This document shows, one piece after another, positions 19,070-28,290 of a stretch of DNA of 64,000 nt. Position numbers and translations under genes: made by a program. Every line of letters starts with the position of its first letter. Position 1 is the first letter of the stretch. The notes under the pieces were generated by a model. That model was not told where the DNA came from, made no database searches, and saw only the letters and a program-made list of their open reading frames with translations. This stretch comes from Gemmatimonas sp. (GTDB taxonomy: Bacteria; Gemmatimonadota; Gemmatimonadetes; Gemmatimonadales; Gemmatimonadaceae), in the NCBI GenBank assembly GCA_031414535.1, contig JANNVQ010000053.1, positions 32,001 to 96,000 of the forward strand, read 5' to 3'.

Positions 19070-20040
19070 AGTCGCAGCACTGGCTCCTCCTCGTTGCTGC
19101 CGTCCTCGTGGCGGTGGCCTTCGGCGTGGCCGGTGGTGCAGTCCCGATTCCGGTGGGAAGTGTCCTGCGTGCGCTTGCCGGTGAAGGCGATGCCACAACG
19201 CTCGCCATCGTGCAGAACCTCCGTTTGCCGCGCGTGGTGCTCGGGCTGGCCGTCGGTGCCGGGCTCGCGGTGAGTGGCACCGCACTACAGACCACGCTGC
19301 GCAATCCACTCGCTGAGCCCTACTTGTTGGGCGTGTCTGGGGGCGCGGCGGCTGGTGCGGTTCTCGCCGTCACACTCGGTGTGGCGTCCTCGGCATTCTT
19401 GCCTCTCGCGGCCTTCGCCGGCGCAATGGTGGCCGTGGTCGTGGTGCTCTTGGTGGCGCGGGCCGTGGCGGGGCACGCGGACCCGCGCGTGCTCCTCATG
19501 GCCGGCGTCGTCGTCGGTGCCTTCTGTACCGCCCTCATCATGGTGGCTCTCGCTACGGCGCCGGAGAATACCGTGCGCGGTGCCCTCTGGTGGATGATGG
19601 GCTCCTTGGGCGACGCGCAGTGGCGCAACGTGCGCTGGGTGATGCTCTACGTGTTGATTGGTATTGCGCTCCTCTTTGTGTGGGCCCGTGATGTGGATGT
19701 ACTCGCACTCGGTGAGGAGGCGGCCGCGTCGCTGGGACTGCCGGTTGAGAAGGTGACGCGCCGCATCTACTTCGCCGCCTCCCTTCTTGCGGCCGCAACC
19801 GTTGCTGGCGCGGGGCTCATTGGCTTCGTCGGACTGATTGTGCCGGCCATTGGCCGCGCACTTGGTGCGCGCAATACGCGCGAGTCCATCGTCGCAGCCG
19901 CGCTCGCTGGCGCGGCACTCGTCGTCGGGGCCGACTTACTCGCGCGCACCGTGCTGCGTCCTGCCGAGTTGCCGCTGGGTGCCGTAACGGCGCTCATCGG
20001 CGTGCCCTTCTTCCTCTGGCGCCTGCGGAGGATGCGATGA
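19066..20040 (+). CDS. btuC: FecCD/BtuC-family ABC permease
   Basis: LRLPRV, RNPLAEPYLLGVSGGA, LGEEAAASLG, GFVGLIVP, ELPLGAVTALIGVPFF. Confidence 0.85.
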   Translation: MKSQHWLLLVAAVLVAVAFGVAGGAVPIPVGSVLRALAGEGDATTLAIVQNLRLPRVVLGLAVGAGLAVSGTALQTTLRNPLAEPYLLGVSGGAAAGAVLAVTLGVASSAFLPLAAFAGAMVAVVVVLLVARAVAGHADPRVLLMAGVVVGAFCTALIMVALATAPENTVRGALWWMMGSLGDAQWRNVRWVMLYVLIGIALLFVWARDVDVLALGEEAAASLGLPVEKVTRRIYFAASLLAAATVAGAGLIGFVGLIVPAIGRALGARNTRESIVAAALAGAALVVGADLLARTVLRPAELPLGAVTALIGVPFFLWRLRRMR

Positions 20041-20825
20041 TTCGCTTTGAGGACGTGGTACTCCGATATCCGCACGCGCCGGCGCCAGCGGTGAACGGCA
20101 TCTCGCTTGAGAGCGCGCCGGGCAAGATCACCGCAGTCGTCGGACCAAATGGGAGCGGCAAGAGCACGCTCGTTCGCGCTCTGCTTGGTCGTATCCCTTT
20201 GGAGCGCGGGCGCATTACGTGGCAGGGCGCATCGCTCGAAAAGGCGGATCGTCGCCATCTCGCCACGGAATTAGCGGTCGTGCCTCAGCGAGAAGAGCCT
20301 GCCTTCCCGCTGCGCGTGCGCGATTACATCGCGCTAGGCCGGCATCCGCATGGAGGACCGTTTGCGGGCCGCAACGCTGCCGATCGCGACGCGATTGCCA
20401 CCGCCATCACGCGTGCCGACGTCGCCGAGTTTGCGGAACGGAACACGGACGAGCTGTCGGGTGGAGAGTGGCAGCGCGTGCGAATCGCGCGTGCCCTTGC
20501 ACAGGGCGCTCGGGCGCTGGTGCTCGATGAGCCCACCACGTTCTTGGACATCGCGCACGAAATGTCTGTGTTCGAACTGCTCGACGCCTTGGCTCGCGAA
20601 GGGCAGGGCATCCTGCTTGTGAGTCATCAGCTCAACCTCGTGGCTCGCTTCGCGGACCACATCGTGCTTCTGCATCGTGGCCAAGTGGCTGCGGCAGGCG
20701 CCCCCAGCGATGTGATGCGCGGCGAAATCCTCGAGCGTGTCTACGAGTGGCCACTCGTCGTTTCGCGTGACCCCGCCGTCGGTGCACCCGTGCTCGTTCC
20801 GCTCCGCGGCCGCGGCACGCGCTAG
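20037..20825 (+). CDS. btuD: ABC transporter ATP-binding protein (BtuD/FepC-like)
   Basis: GPNGSGKST, LSGGEWQR, LDEPTTFLD, SHQLN. Confidence 0.85.
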   Translation: MIRFEDVVLRYPHAPAPAVNGISLESAPGKITAVVGPNGSGKSTLVRALLGRIPLERGRITWQGASLEKADRRHLATELAVVPQREEPAFPLRVRDYIALGRHPHGGPFAGRNAADRDAIATAITRADVAEFAERNTDELSGGEWQRVRIARALAQGARALVLDEPTTFLDIAHEMSVFELLDALAREGQGILLVSHQLNLVARFADHIVLLHRGQVAAAGAPSDVMRGEILERVYEWPLVVSRDPAVGAPVLVPLRGRGTR

Positions 20826-20828
20826 TCG

Positions 20829-20891
20829 CTCGTCCTTCGTCCTTCGTCATCCGTCATCCGTCCTCTGTCCTCCGTCCTCCCTCATCACTCA
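20829..20891 (+). repeat. Nine-unit degenerate heptamer tandem array (consensus TCCGTCC/A)
   Basis: CTCGTCC TTCGTCC TTCGTCA TCCGTCA TCCGTCC TCTGTCC TCCGTCC TCCCTCA TCACTCA fills nearly the whole btuD-btuB gap. Confidence 0.85.
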
Positions 20892-20892
20892 C

Positions 20893-22806
20893 ATGCGCAA
20901 TCTCCTCGTACTCCTTTCGCTTCCGAGCCTCGTACTCGCTCAGGACACGCTTGCTCCCACAGTTATCACCGCTACGCGCCTGCCTACGCCGCTCTCGGCG
21001 CAGACGGCTACCGTCACGGTGCTCGAAGGCTCCGCGCTCCGCGCCGAAGGCATCACGCACGTCGGTGACGCGTTGCGCCGAGTGCCGGGCATTGCGATGG
21101 CACGTTCCTCGGGCATTGGCTCCCAGCACACGGTGTTCATGCGCGGCGCGCAGGGCAATTACGTGCGGGTGCTCGTGGACGGTGTGGCCATCAACGAGCC
21201 AGGCGGTACACTCGACTTGGGCCGTCTCACGCTCGACGACGTAGAACGCATCGAAGTCGTGCGTGGCCCCGCCAGCGTCCTGTACGGGTCAGAGGCCGTG
21301 GCCGGCGTGATCCAAATCATCACCCGAAGTGGCGGTGCGCGCCGCGTGAGTGCGGAGCTTGGCGGTGGTTCATTCGGCACCGTGCGCGGGTCGCTCGGCG
21401 CGAGCGGTACGCTCGGCAATCTCGGCTGGTCGCTGCAGGGTGACCGGCATGCCATGGATGGCGTGCTGGCCTTTAACAATGCGTATCGCAACGACGGCAT
21501 CAGTGCCGCCCTGCGCTTCGCACCTGACGACCGCACGGACCTGAAGCTCACCACCCGCTACAACAGCTCGATGTACGAGTATCCCACTGGCTCCTCGGGT
21601 ACTCTCGTTGATCGTAACGCCGAGCGCACGGAGCATCGGGTGTTGGCCGGCCTTGAGGCTGGCCGTCGCTGGACCTCGCGCATTGAGACGCGCGCGCAGT
21701 ATACCTGGATGGATCTCCTGCCACGCACCAACGATGGTTCGGACACGCCCGGCGACACGCTTGGCTTCTACGGCTACTTCGCGCGCGGCGCGGTGAAGCG
21801 TCGCATGGCGGACGCACGTACCATCATTCGCCTCGCCGATGCGCAGTTCGTCACGCTCGGCGCGGAGTGGGCGCGCGATCAAGAACGCACCTCATCGGTG
21901 AGCCAGAGTCAGTTCGGCGATTTCCCCGATGAACTTCGCGCAGCGCGCGAGAATCGCTCCTTGTACGCACAGGGGCAGGGTGAGGCTGGTCGCTTCAGCT
22001 ACACAGCCGGTGCACGGCTCGACGAGAACTCTGCATTCGGCAGTTTCCGCACCGCCCGGGTCGGCGCCGGTTGGCGCGTGAACCCAGCGCTGCGTATCCG
22101 CAGCTCAGCCGGCACCGCATTTAAGGCGCCGAACTTCTTTGAGAACTTTGCCGGCGGCTTCACGGTCGGCAACCCGGATTTGAAGCCCGAGGAGTCGCGC
22201 TCGGCGGATCTGGGCTTGGAGGTCACGCTCGGCGCTGGTGCCAGCCTCTCCGTCACCGGGTTCGCGCAGGAGTTCACGAATCTCATTCAGTACAATGGCA
22301 GTGTCCCGCCAGGCGATCCGAACTACGAGAACATCGTCGCAGCAAATGCAGGCGGCGTGGAGTTCTCCGCCACCCTGCCGCGCGTTGGCGGCGTGGAGTC
22401 CGTCTTCGGTCACACATGGACGCGCACTAGGGTGGAACAAGCGGGCTTCGATAACACACCCAGCGCAACGTTTGTCGCGGGAGGCCGCCTGCTGCGCCGA
22501 CCCACGCACCTGACCACACTCCAACTGCGCCGCGCGGTTGAGGGACTCGGTCAGTTCTCGGCGCTCGTTGTTCGCACTGGCGAGCGGGAAGATCGCGACT
22601 TCTCGACCTTCCCAGCCGGTGTCGTGACGCTCGGTGGCTTCACCACCATCGATCTCTCGGCGGAGCTCCAACTCCCCTCTGCGCTCGGGACCGCTGCGCG
22701 GCTTATTCTGCGCGCCGACAACGTGACGGATGTGCAGTTCACACAGATCTCGGGCTTCCAGAGCCCAGGTCGCATCATTTACGCGGGACTTAGATTGCAA
22801 CGGTGA
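20893..22806 (+). CDS. btuB: TonB-dependent receptor, probable cobalamin receptor
   Basis: Signal peptide; TonB-box-like DTLAPTVITATR; plug motifs VLVDGV and ERIEVVRGPASVLYGSEA; GNPDLKPE; lies in the B12 riboswitch operon. Confidence 0.85.
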   Translation: MRNLLVLLSLPSLVLAQDTLAPTVITATRLPTPLSAQTATVTVLEGSALRAEGITHVGDALRRVPGIAMARSSGIGSQHTVFMRGAQGNYVRVLVDGVAINEPGGTLDLGRLTLDDVERIEVVRGPASVLYGSEAVAGVIQIITRSGGARRVSAELGGGSFGTVRGSLGASGTLGNLGWSLQGDRHAMDGVLAFNNAYRNDGISAALRFAPDDRTDLKLTTRYNSSMYEYPTGSSGTLVDRNAERTEHRVLAGLEAGRRWTSRIETRAQYTWMDLLPRTNDGSDTPGDTLGFYGYFARGAVKRRMADARTIIRLADAQFVTLGAEWARDQERTSSVSQSQFGDFPDELRAARENRSLYAQGQGEAGRFSYTAGARLDENSAFGSFRTARVGAGWRVNPALRIRSSAGTAFKAPNFFENFAGGFTVGNPDLKPEESRSADLGLEVTLGAGASLSVTGFAQEFTNLIQYNGSVPPGDPNYENIVAANAGGVEFSATLPRVGGVESVFGHTWTRTRVEQAGFDNTPSATFVAGGRLLRRPTHLTTLQLRRAVEGLGQFSALVVRTGEREDRDFSTFPAGVVTLGGFTTIDLSAELQLPSALGTAARLILRADNVTDVQFTQISGFQSPGRIIYAGLRLQR

Positions 22807-23546
22807 TCGAGACCGCCGCCATCGTCCTGCATAGCTTCGACTACCGGGAGACGAGCCGCATTGTGCGGCTCGCCACCCGAGAGTCCGGAGTGGTCTCGGC
22901 GATCGCGCGCGGCTCGCGGCGCCCCAAGAGCCGTTTTGGGCAGGGGCTAGACCTTTTCACCAGCGGTACGGCCCAGCTCATTATGCATCCGAGCCGGGAC
23001 CTGCACACCTTGGCTGGCTTCGACGCGTCCCGCTCGCGGCCAGCCTTGGCGGAATCTCTTGAGCGATTCGGCGCGGCGGCCGCGCTCTCGGAACTTTGTC
23101 TGCGCTTTGGTACGGAGGCGACCGCCGGAGTCCATGACGCGCTCAGTGACGGCCTCGAACGTCTTGCCGTGAGCGCCGATCATGAAGTCGCCGCCGCTAC
23201 CCTCGCCACCGGCTGGCGCATTGTGGCCGAGTTAGGCTTCGCGCCCTCATTGGATGCGTGCGCCTTCTGTCATCGCGAGATTGCGCCCGATGAGGACACG
23301 CGATTCGCGAATCGCGCCGGTGGCGCCATTTGCTCCAGTTGTCGCAGTCTCGCACCGGCGGCCCGAACCCTGCCCGCGGCCCCACGCAACACGCTACTCG
23401 GCTGGCTCGCCGGCCAGGAGATTCCCCTATCGGATCTCCCCACGGCCAGGGCACATCAACGCCTGCTTCGCGAGTTCCTAGAGGAGCATTTGAGCGACGG
23501 GCGTCCCTTCAAGGCATTCCAGAGTTGGGAACGGCAGAGCGCCTAG
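22803..23546 (+). CDS. recO: DNA repair protein RecO
   Basis: AIVLHSFDYRETSRIV, ARGSRRPKSRF, GFAPSLDACAFC...GGAICSSC Zn finger. Confidence 0.93.
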   Translation: MIETAAIVLHSFDYRETSRIVRLATRESGVVSAIARGSRRPKSRFGQGLDLFTSGTAQLIMHPSRDLHTLAGFDASRSRPALAESLERFGAAAALSELCLRFGTEATAGVHDALSDGLERLAVSADHEVAAATLATGWRIVAELGFAPSLDACAFCHREIAPDEDTRFANRAGGAICSSCRSLAPAARTLPAAPRNTLLGWLAGQEIPLSDLPTARAHQRLLREFLEEHLSDGRPFKAFQSWERQSA

Positions 23547-23578
23547 CGGTGGAGTCTGCCGAAACGGCGTAGCTTTAA

Positions 23579-23594
23579 CGGCGTAGGGATTGCA
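23579..23594 (+). promoter_or_regulatory. Putative sigma54 (-24/-12) promoter of clpB
   Basis: CGGCGTAGGGATTGCA has exact GG-N10-GC spacing and TTGCA, 60 nt upstream of the clpB start. Confidence 0.55.
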
Positions 23595-23623
23595 CAAGCA
23601 TGAAGTACTGCCTGTGCTGTTCC

Positions 23624-23651
23624 TTCCGTCCTCCGTCTTCCGTCCCAAGTC
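23624..23651 (+). repeat. Heptamer tandem repeat (TTCCGTC CTCCGTC TTCCGTC CCAAGTC)
   Basis: Directly visible immediately before the clpB GTG. Confidence 0.7.
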
Positions 23652-23653
23652 CT

Positions 23654-26236
23654 GTGCTAAACCCCGACCGCCTCACTGTCAAATCAAGCGAAGCCATCAC
23701 CGACGCGGTCACCATCGCGCGTTTGGCCGGCAACCCGCTTGTGCACGACACGCACCTCTTGCTCGCGTTGCTGCGGCAAGACGAGGGCATCGTTGTCCCC
23801 ATCTTACAGAAGCTCGGCGTCGCGATTCCCGCACTCACGCAGTCAATTGAGCGCGAGACCGCACGCTATCCTAAGCAGAGCGACGCGCAGCCCTCGTTGG
23901 CGCGCGAAGTCAGCGCCGTGCTCGACGCCGCTGAGGCCGAGGCCAAGAAGCTCGGCGACGAATACATCTCCATCGAGCACCTGCTATTGGGTCTCATGTC
24001 TGCCAAGGGCTCCGATAGCGCCAACTTGCTTAAGGCTCAGCGTGTCTCGCTTGATGGCCTGAAGGACGCGTTAGCGTCCGTGCGTGGTACCCACCGCGTC
24101 ACCGACCAGACGCCGGAGAATCAGTACCAGGCGCTGCAGAAATTCACCCGCGACCTCACCGAGGATGCCCGGAAGGGCAAGCTCGATCCCGTGATTGGAC
24201 GTGACGAGGAAGTGCGCCGCGTGATGCAAGTATTGTCGCGCCGCACCAAGAATAACCCCGTCCTCATCGGTGAGCCCGGTGTGGGCAAGACCGCTATTGC
24301 CGAAGGGCTCGCGCAGCGCATCGTCAACGGCGATGTGCCAGAGTCGTTGCGCAACAAGCGCCTCATCTCATTGGACCTCGGCGCATTGATTGCCGGTGCC
24401 AAGTTCCGAGGGGAGTTCGAGGAGCGATTGAAGGCAGTCCTCAAGGAGATTGTGTCGAGCGAAGGTAAATTCGTCGTGTTCATTGACGAGTTGCACACCT
24501 TGGTTGGGGCAGGCAAGGCCGAGGGCTCGATGGACGCTGGCAACATGCTCAAGCCCATGCTTGCGCGTGGTGAACTTCGCGTGGTTGGCGCCACAACGCT
24601 GGATGAGTACCGCAAGCACGTGGAGAAGGATCCGGCCCTTGAGCGTCGCTTTCAGCCTGTGTTCGTGGGCGAGCCGACCGTGGAGAACACCATCGCGATC
24701 CTGCGCGGCCTGAAGGAACGCTACGAGTCGCACCACGGCGTGCGCATCACCGACGGAGCCGTCGTTGCCGCAGCGACGCTGTCCAATCGCTACATCGGCG
24801 ATCGGTTTTTGCCGGACAAGGCCATCGACCTCATGGACGAGGCCGCGTCACGCATGCGTATCGAGATAGACTCGCTGCCGCAGGAGATTGACGAGGTTGA
24901 TCGCAAGGTTGTGCAGCTCGAGATTGAACGTCAGGCCCTGTCTAAGGAAAAGGATGCCGCGTCCGTAGAGCGTCGCGCTGCCATTGAACATCAACTCGCC
25001 GAGCTCAAGGAGCAGGGCGCGGGGATGAAGGCGCAATGGCAGCTCGAGAAGGACGCGCTCAGCGAAGTGGGCACGCTCAAGACCAAGATTGAAGAACAGC
25101 GCACGCTCGTGGAAAAGGCCACGCGCGAGGGCGACTTGCAGAAGGCCGCCGAGATTCAGTACGGCAGCGTGCCCAAGCTTGAGCAGGAACTGAAGGCCGT
25201 CGAAGCGCGGCTCGCCGAACACGCGGGCACGGCGCGCTACCTCAAGGAGGAGGTCACTGCCGACGACATCGCCGAAATCGTGGCGCGGTGGACGGGGATC
25301 CCCGTCACGCGCATGCTCGAAGGCGAGCGTGAGCGCTTAGCGCGCCTCGATAAGGAACTCGCGAAGCGCGTGGTGGGACAAGTCGAGGCCGTAGAGGCGG
25401 TGGCCAATGCGGTGCGCCGTTCGCGCGCCGGACTGCAGGATCCCAATCGTCCCATTGGTTCTTTCATCTTTCTCGGCCCTACGGGCGTGGGCAAGACCGA
25501 GACCGCGCGCGCGCTCGCCGAGTTCCTGTTTGATGACGAGCAGGCGATGGTGCGCATTGACATGTCGGAGTACATGGAGAAGCACGCCGTCTCGCGGCTC
25601 ATCGGCGCGCCTCCAGGCTACGTCGGCTACGACGAGGGCGGCCAGCTCACCGAGGCCGTGCGGCGGCGCCCGTACTCGGTTGTACTCTTTGACGAGATTG
25701 AAAAGGCGCATCCGGACGTGTTCAACATCCTGCTGCAGATTCTCGATGACGGGCGCCTCACCGACTCGCAGGGGCGCACGGTGGACTTCCGCAACGTCGT
25801 CATCATTATGACGAGCAACGTGGGGTCGAGCTGGATTCTCGAACACGCGGGCAGCGACTGGGCGCTCGTGGAGACACAGGTGACGAGCGCCTTGCGCAGC
25901 CAGTTCAAGCCGGAGTTTCTCAACCGTGTGGACGACATCGTCATCTTCCGGCCGCTCGGGCAGGAACAGATCACGCATATCGTTGGCCTGCAGCTGAAGC
26001 GCCTCGACCAACTCCTTGCGGACCGGAAGATCACGCTCACGCTTAGCGATGCAGCGCAGGCCTTGCTGGCCACCGAGGGCTACGAGCCCGCATTCGGCGC
26101 ACGGCCACTCAAGCGTGCCATCCAACGCATGTTGCAGAATCCACTCGCGATTGCCTTGCTCGAGGGCAAGTTCAAGGACGGCGATGCAATCGTGGCGAGT
26201 GTCGAAGGCGATCACATCGTGTTCGCCACCGCGTGA
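23654..26236 (+). CDS. clpB: ATP-dependent disaggregase ClpB
   Basis: [20 protein letters not shown], coiled-coil middle domain, [40 protein letters not shown] start at 23654. Confidence 0.98.
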   Translation: MLNPDRLTVKSSEAITDAVTIARLAGNPLVHDTHLLLALLRQDEGIVVPILQKLGVAIPALTQSIERETARYPKQSDAQPSLAREVSAVLDAAEAEAKKLGDEYISIEHLLLGLMSAKGSDSANLLKAQRVSLDGLKDALASVRGTHRVTDQTPENQYQALQKFTRDLTEDARKGKLDPVIGRDEEVRRVMQVLSRRTKNNPVLIGEPGVGKTAIAEGLAQRIVNGDVPESLRNKRLISLDLGALIAGAKFRGEFEERLKAVLKEIVSSEGKFVVFIDELHTLVGAGKAEGSMDAGNMLKPMLARGELRVVGATTLDEYRKHVEKDPALERRFQPVFVGEPTVENTIAILRGLKERYESHHGVRITDGAVVAAATLSNRYIGDRFLPDKAIDLMDEAASRMRIEIDSLPQEIDEVDRKVVQLEIERQALSKEKDAASVERRAAIEHQLAELKEQGAGMKAQWQLEKDALSEVGTLKTKIEEQRTLVEKATREGDLQKAAEIQYGSVPKLEQELKAVEARLAEHAGTARYLKEEVTADDIAEIVARWTGIPVTRMLEGERERLARLDKELAKRVVGQVEAVEAVANAVRRSRAGLQDPNRPIGSFIFLGPTGVGKTETARALAEFLFDDEQAMVRIDMSEYMEKHAVSRLIGAPPGYVGYDEGGQLTEAVRRRPYSVVLFDEIEKAHPDVFNILLQILDDGRLTDSQGRTVDFRNVVIIMTSNVGSSWILEHAGSDWALVETQVTSALRSQFKPEFLNRVDDIVIFRPLGQEQITHIVGLQLKRLDQLLADRKITLTLSDAAQALLATEGYEPAFGARPLKRAIQRMLQNPLAIALLEGKFKDGDAIVASVEGDHIVFATA

Positions 26237-26354
26237 GTCGAGCCCGCGTAACGCTCGTCGCCGGACGCGTCCTCGCGCTCGCGTGCTCGGGATCAGGTGG
26301 CAGAAAAGTGGATACCATCCAACGTGTACGCCACCTCCTGTGGAGCTTGCCAGC

Positions 26355-26840
26355 ATGAGATCTGGTCCCGTCACATTCGCCACGCGTGCCGAAGAAGATG
26401 CGTTCTGGATGCGCGAGGCGCTCTCCGAAGCCGCGAAGGCGGCCAAGGCTGGCGAGGTCCCCGTGGGCGCGGTGCTTGTGCACAACGGGCAAGTGATGGC
26501 GCGCGCGGGGAACGCGATGATTGCGGCGAAGGACGCCACCCAGCACGCCGAAATGCGTGCGCTGAAAGCCGCGGCCTACGCCATCGGCGACACGCGACTG
26601 ACGACTGCCACGCTGTATGTGACCCTCGAGCCCTGCGCCATGTGTGCCGGCGCAATCGTCCACACGAGACTCGCGCGCGTGGTGTTCGGGGCGTGGGACG
26701 AAAAGGCTGGGATGGTCGGATCTATCTATGACCTGCTCCGGCACCCGCGGCTGAATCACCGGCCCGAGGTCCAGGCCGGGGTGATGGAATCAGAATGCGC
26801 CGCTTTGCTGACTCAGTTCTTCCAGGCCAAGCGCGGCTGA
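26355..26840 (+). CDS. tadA: tRNA adenosine(34) deaminase
   Basis: EVPVGAV, HAEM, TLEPCAMCAGA, RLNH; ATG at 26355 follows GGAG. Confidence 0.93.
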   Translation: MRSGPVTFATRAEEDAFWMREALSEAAKAAKAGEVPVGAVLVHNGQVMARAGNAMIAAKDATQHAEMRALKAAAYAIGDTRLTTATLYVTLEPCAMCAGAIVHTRLARVVFGAWDEKAGMVGSIYDLLRHPRLNHRPEVQAGVMESECAALLTQFFQAKRG

Positions 26841-26883
26841 ACCGCGGCTGAACCGCGGCTGACGCGACGATGACGCGAACACC

Positions 26884-27606
26884 CTAGCGGCAGCGCGCCG
26901 CGAGCAAGCTCGAGCGCACGGCCGCCGCGCTCGCAAGGCGAGCCGTTGGAGCTGGCGCACGGAAGATCGCGAGGTATGCCCCGTCCGCTAACGCGTCGCG
27001 GCGCACAAAGCGGTAGCCCATCGCCTCGAACTCGCAACGCAGCAAGCGCGGTGGCGTGCCGTGCCCGTCAGTCGGTGCGTCCACGTCAAGCACGCCCACG
27101 AGTCCGTCCGATTTAAGCGCGCTCGCTAAGTGATACAGCACGCCAAACGGCTGCTCAATCTCGTGATACATGTGAATCATCAAGGCCACGTCCACGCGAG
27201 CATCGGGCAGCGTCGGATCATGTGGCGCACCTTCAATCACTTGCACGTTCCTCCAGCCCGCGTCCGACACTCGGCGGCGTAGCATCGCCAGATACCGCGG
27301 CTCGATGTCCACCGCGAGAACACGGCCGCTGTCTCCCAAGACCGGCGAGAGTTTCGCGACGTAGTAGCCGTCGCCGGCACCGATGTCCGCTACCGTCTGC
27401 CCGCGGCGGATGCGCAGCGCGCGAATCACGGCCTCGGTCTCACCAAAGGCATCGCGGCGGTCCTCAGCGATCCACCGCGGCGCGACGATGCTCGAAATGG
27501 GACGCGACGGGGCAGGGAAGCTATCCGCGGGGAGCTTGCGCTGGCCGCTGGCCACCGCAGGCAGCAGCCAACAGAGGGCCGCAAGACGGGTCAGGTAGGT
27601 AGTCAC
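26884..27606 (-). CDS. Class I SAM-dependent methyltransferase with a signal-peptide-like N-terminus
   Basis: VADIGAGDGY motif I, VLAVDI, YHEI. Start uncertain (27606 or 27657). Confidence 0.85.
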   Translation of the reverse strand: MTTYLTRLAALCWLLPAVASGQRKLPADSFPAPSRPISSIVAPRWIAEDRRDAFGETEAVIRALRIRRGQTVADIGAGDGYYVAKLSPVLGDSGRVLAVDIEPRYLAMLRRRVSDAGWRNVQVIEGAPHDPTLPDARVDVALMIHMYHEIEQPFGVLYHLASALKSDGLVGVLDVDAPTDGHGTPPRLLRCEFEAMGYRFVRRDALADGAYLAIFRAPAPTARLASAAAVRSSLLAARCR

Positions 27607-27662
27607 GAGAGTGAAGCGCCTGAAAAAGCCCACGGGTTCCCACTGCAATTCCCACACGCCCG

Positions 27663-27691
27663 TTGAACCCCGTCCCGCACCAGACTAACTT
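27663..27691 (+). promoter_or_regulatory. Putative sigma70 promoter for the tRNA-Ser genes
   Basis: TTGAAC-N17-TAACTT, 12 nt upstream of the first tRNA. Confidence 0.55.
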
Positions 27692-27703
27692 CCGCAGTCT
27701 GTT

Positions 27704-27790
27704 GGACAGGTGGCCGAGTGGTTGAAGGCACCGGTCTCGAAAACCGGCGTACCGGCAACGGTATCGAGAGTTCGAATCTCTCCCTGTCCG
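27704..27790 (+). tRNA. tRNA-Ser (anticodon CGA)
   Basis: GGACAGG/CCTGTCC acceptor stem, TGGCCGAGTGG D-arm, CCGGT-CTCGAAA-ACCGG anticodon arm, long variable arm, GTTCGAATC T-loop, discriminator G; CCA not encoded. Confidence 0.96.
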
Positions 27791-27882
27791 TGTTCCATCA
27801 GACGCGCTGGAGCTCCCGGCGCGTTGTCGTTTGCGGGACCGTTTTGACCGTTATGCCCGAGCTGTTCCCGCAGTGTTCCTAG

Positions 27883-27970
27883 GGACGGGTGGCCGAGTGG
27901 TTTAAGGCGCACGCCTGGAAAGTGTGTGTACGTTAATAGCGTACCGTGGGTTCGAATCCCACCCCGTCCG
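27883..27970 (+). tRNA. tRNA-Ser (anticodon GGA)
   Basis: GGACGGG/CCCGTCC acceptor stem, CACGC-CTGGAAA-GTGTG anticodon arm, long variable arm, GTTCGAATC; CCA not encoded. Confidence 0.96.
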
Positions 27971-27981
27971 TGACTCACCTG

Positions 27982-28018
27982 TTGCGCGGCAGTCCTCGAA
28001 AAGAGGCCTGCCGCGCAA
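27982..28018 (+). terminator. Strong hairpin after the tRNAs (terminator or processing stem)
   Basis: TTGCGCGGCAGTCCTC-GAAAA-GAGGCCTGCCGCGCAA, 16-bp stem with 1 mismatch. Confidence 0.6.
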
Positions 28019-28067
28019 ACCTTTCTGGGGTACCGAGTGTCTGAATCAGTGAACACAGGAGCCACCC

Positions 28068-28238
28068 ATGGAAACCACAGTGAAGCGCACAACAGAAGCA
28101 CGCATCGAACTCTTTGACGCCAACGGCCGTCTGATCGGCACCATCACCCGTCCCTTGGAGCCAGAAGTCCTAGGCCGCGGCCGTGAAAAGGTGTATCTCG
28201 CCCGCCGCGTCCCAAATCAGGCCTCGCAAGCGGCATAA
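28068..28238 (+). CDS. Small hypothetical protein (56 aa), absent from the ORF track
   Basis: CAGGAG SD 6 nt before the ATG; METTVKRTTEARIELFDANGRLIGTITRPLEPEVLGRGREKVYLARRVPNQASQAA*; fills the tRNA-pyrR gap. Confidence 0.65.
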   Translation: METTVKRTTEARIELFDANGRLIGTITRPLEPEVLGRGREKVYLARRVPNQASQAA

Positions 28239-28290
28239 ATCGTCAGAGGCCGCTCCCGCCAACAGGTGAGCGCGGCCATATTTCAGGGCA

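Noticed and set aside
20829..20891. Tandem repeats considered as a possible CRISPR array
   Set aside because: The units are 7 bp with no unique spacers, and no cas genes occur in the window.
26016..26354. Long N-terminal extensions in the ORF track for tadA (also nusB, ptsI, btuB, clpB, moxR, mutL, miaA, birA, coaX)
   Set aside because: They overlap upstream genes or repeats and lack family similarity; downstream starts coupled to the previous stop or an SD fit better.
26832..26862. 11-bp repeat CGCGGCTGAAC (about 3 copies) at the tadA stop
   Set aside because: It looks like a local slippage duplication of the stop region between convergent genes, with no evidence of function.
27791..27882. 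SRP RNA or another ncRNA between the tRNAs (tadA/tRNA-Ser regions often carry ffs)
   Set aside because: The SRP domain IV motif (CAGG...GGAA...AGCAG) is absent; only a simple hairpin is seen.
27704..28290. tRNA-Ser genes as an integration site for a prophage or genomic island
   Set aside because: I saw no integrase, no duplicated tRNA 3' end and no compositional break; flanking genes are housekeeping.
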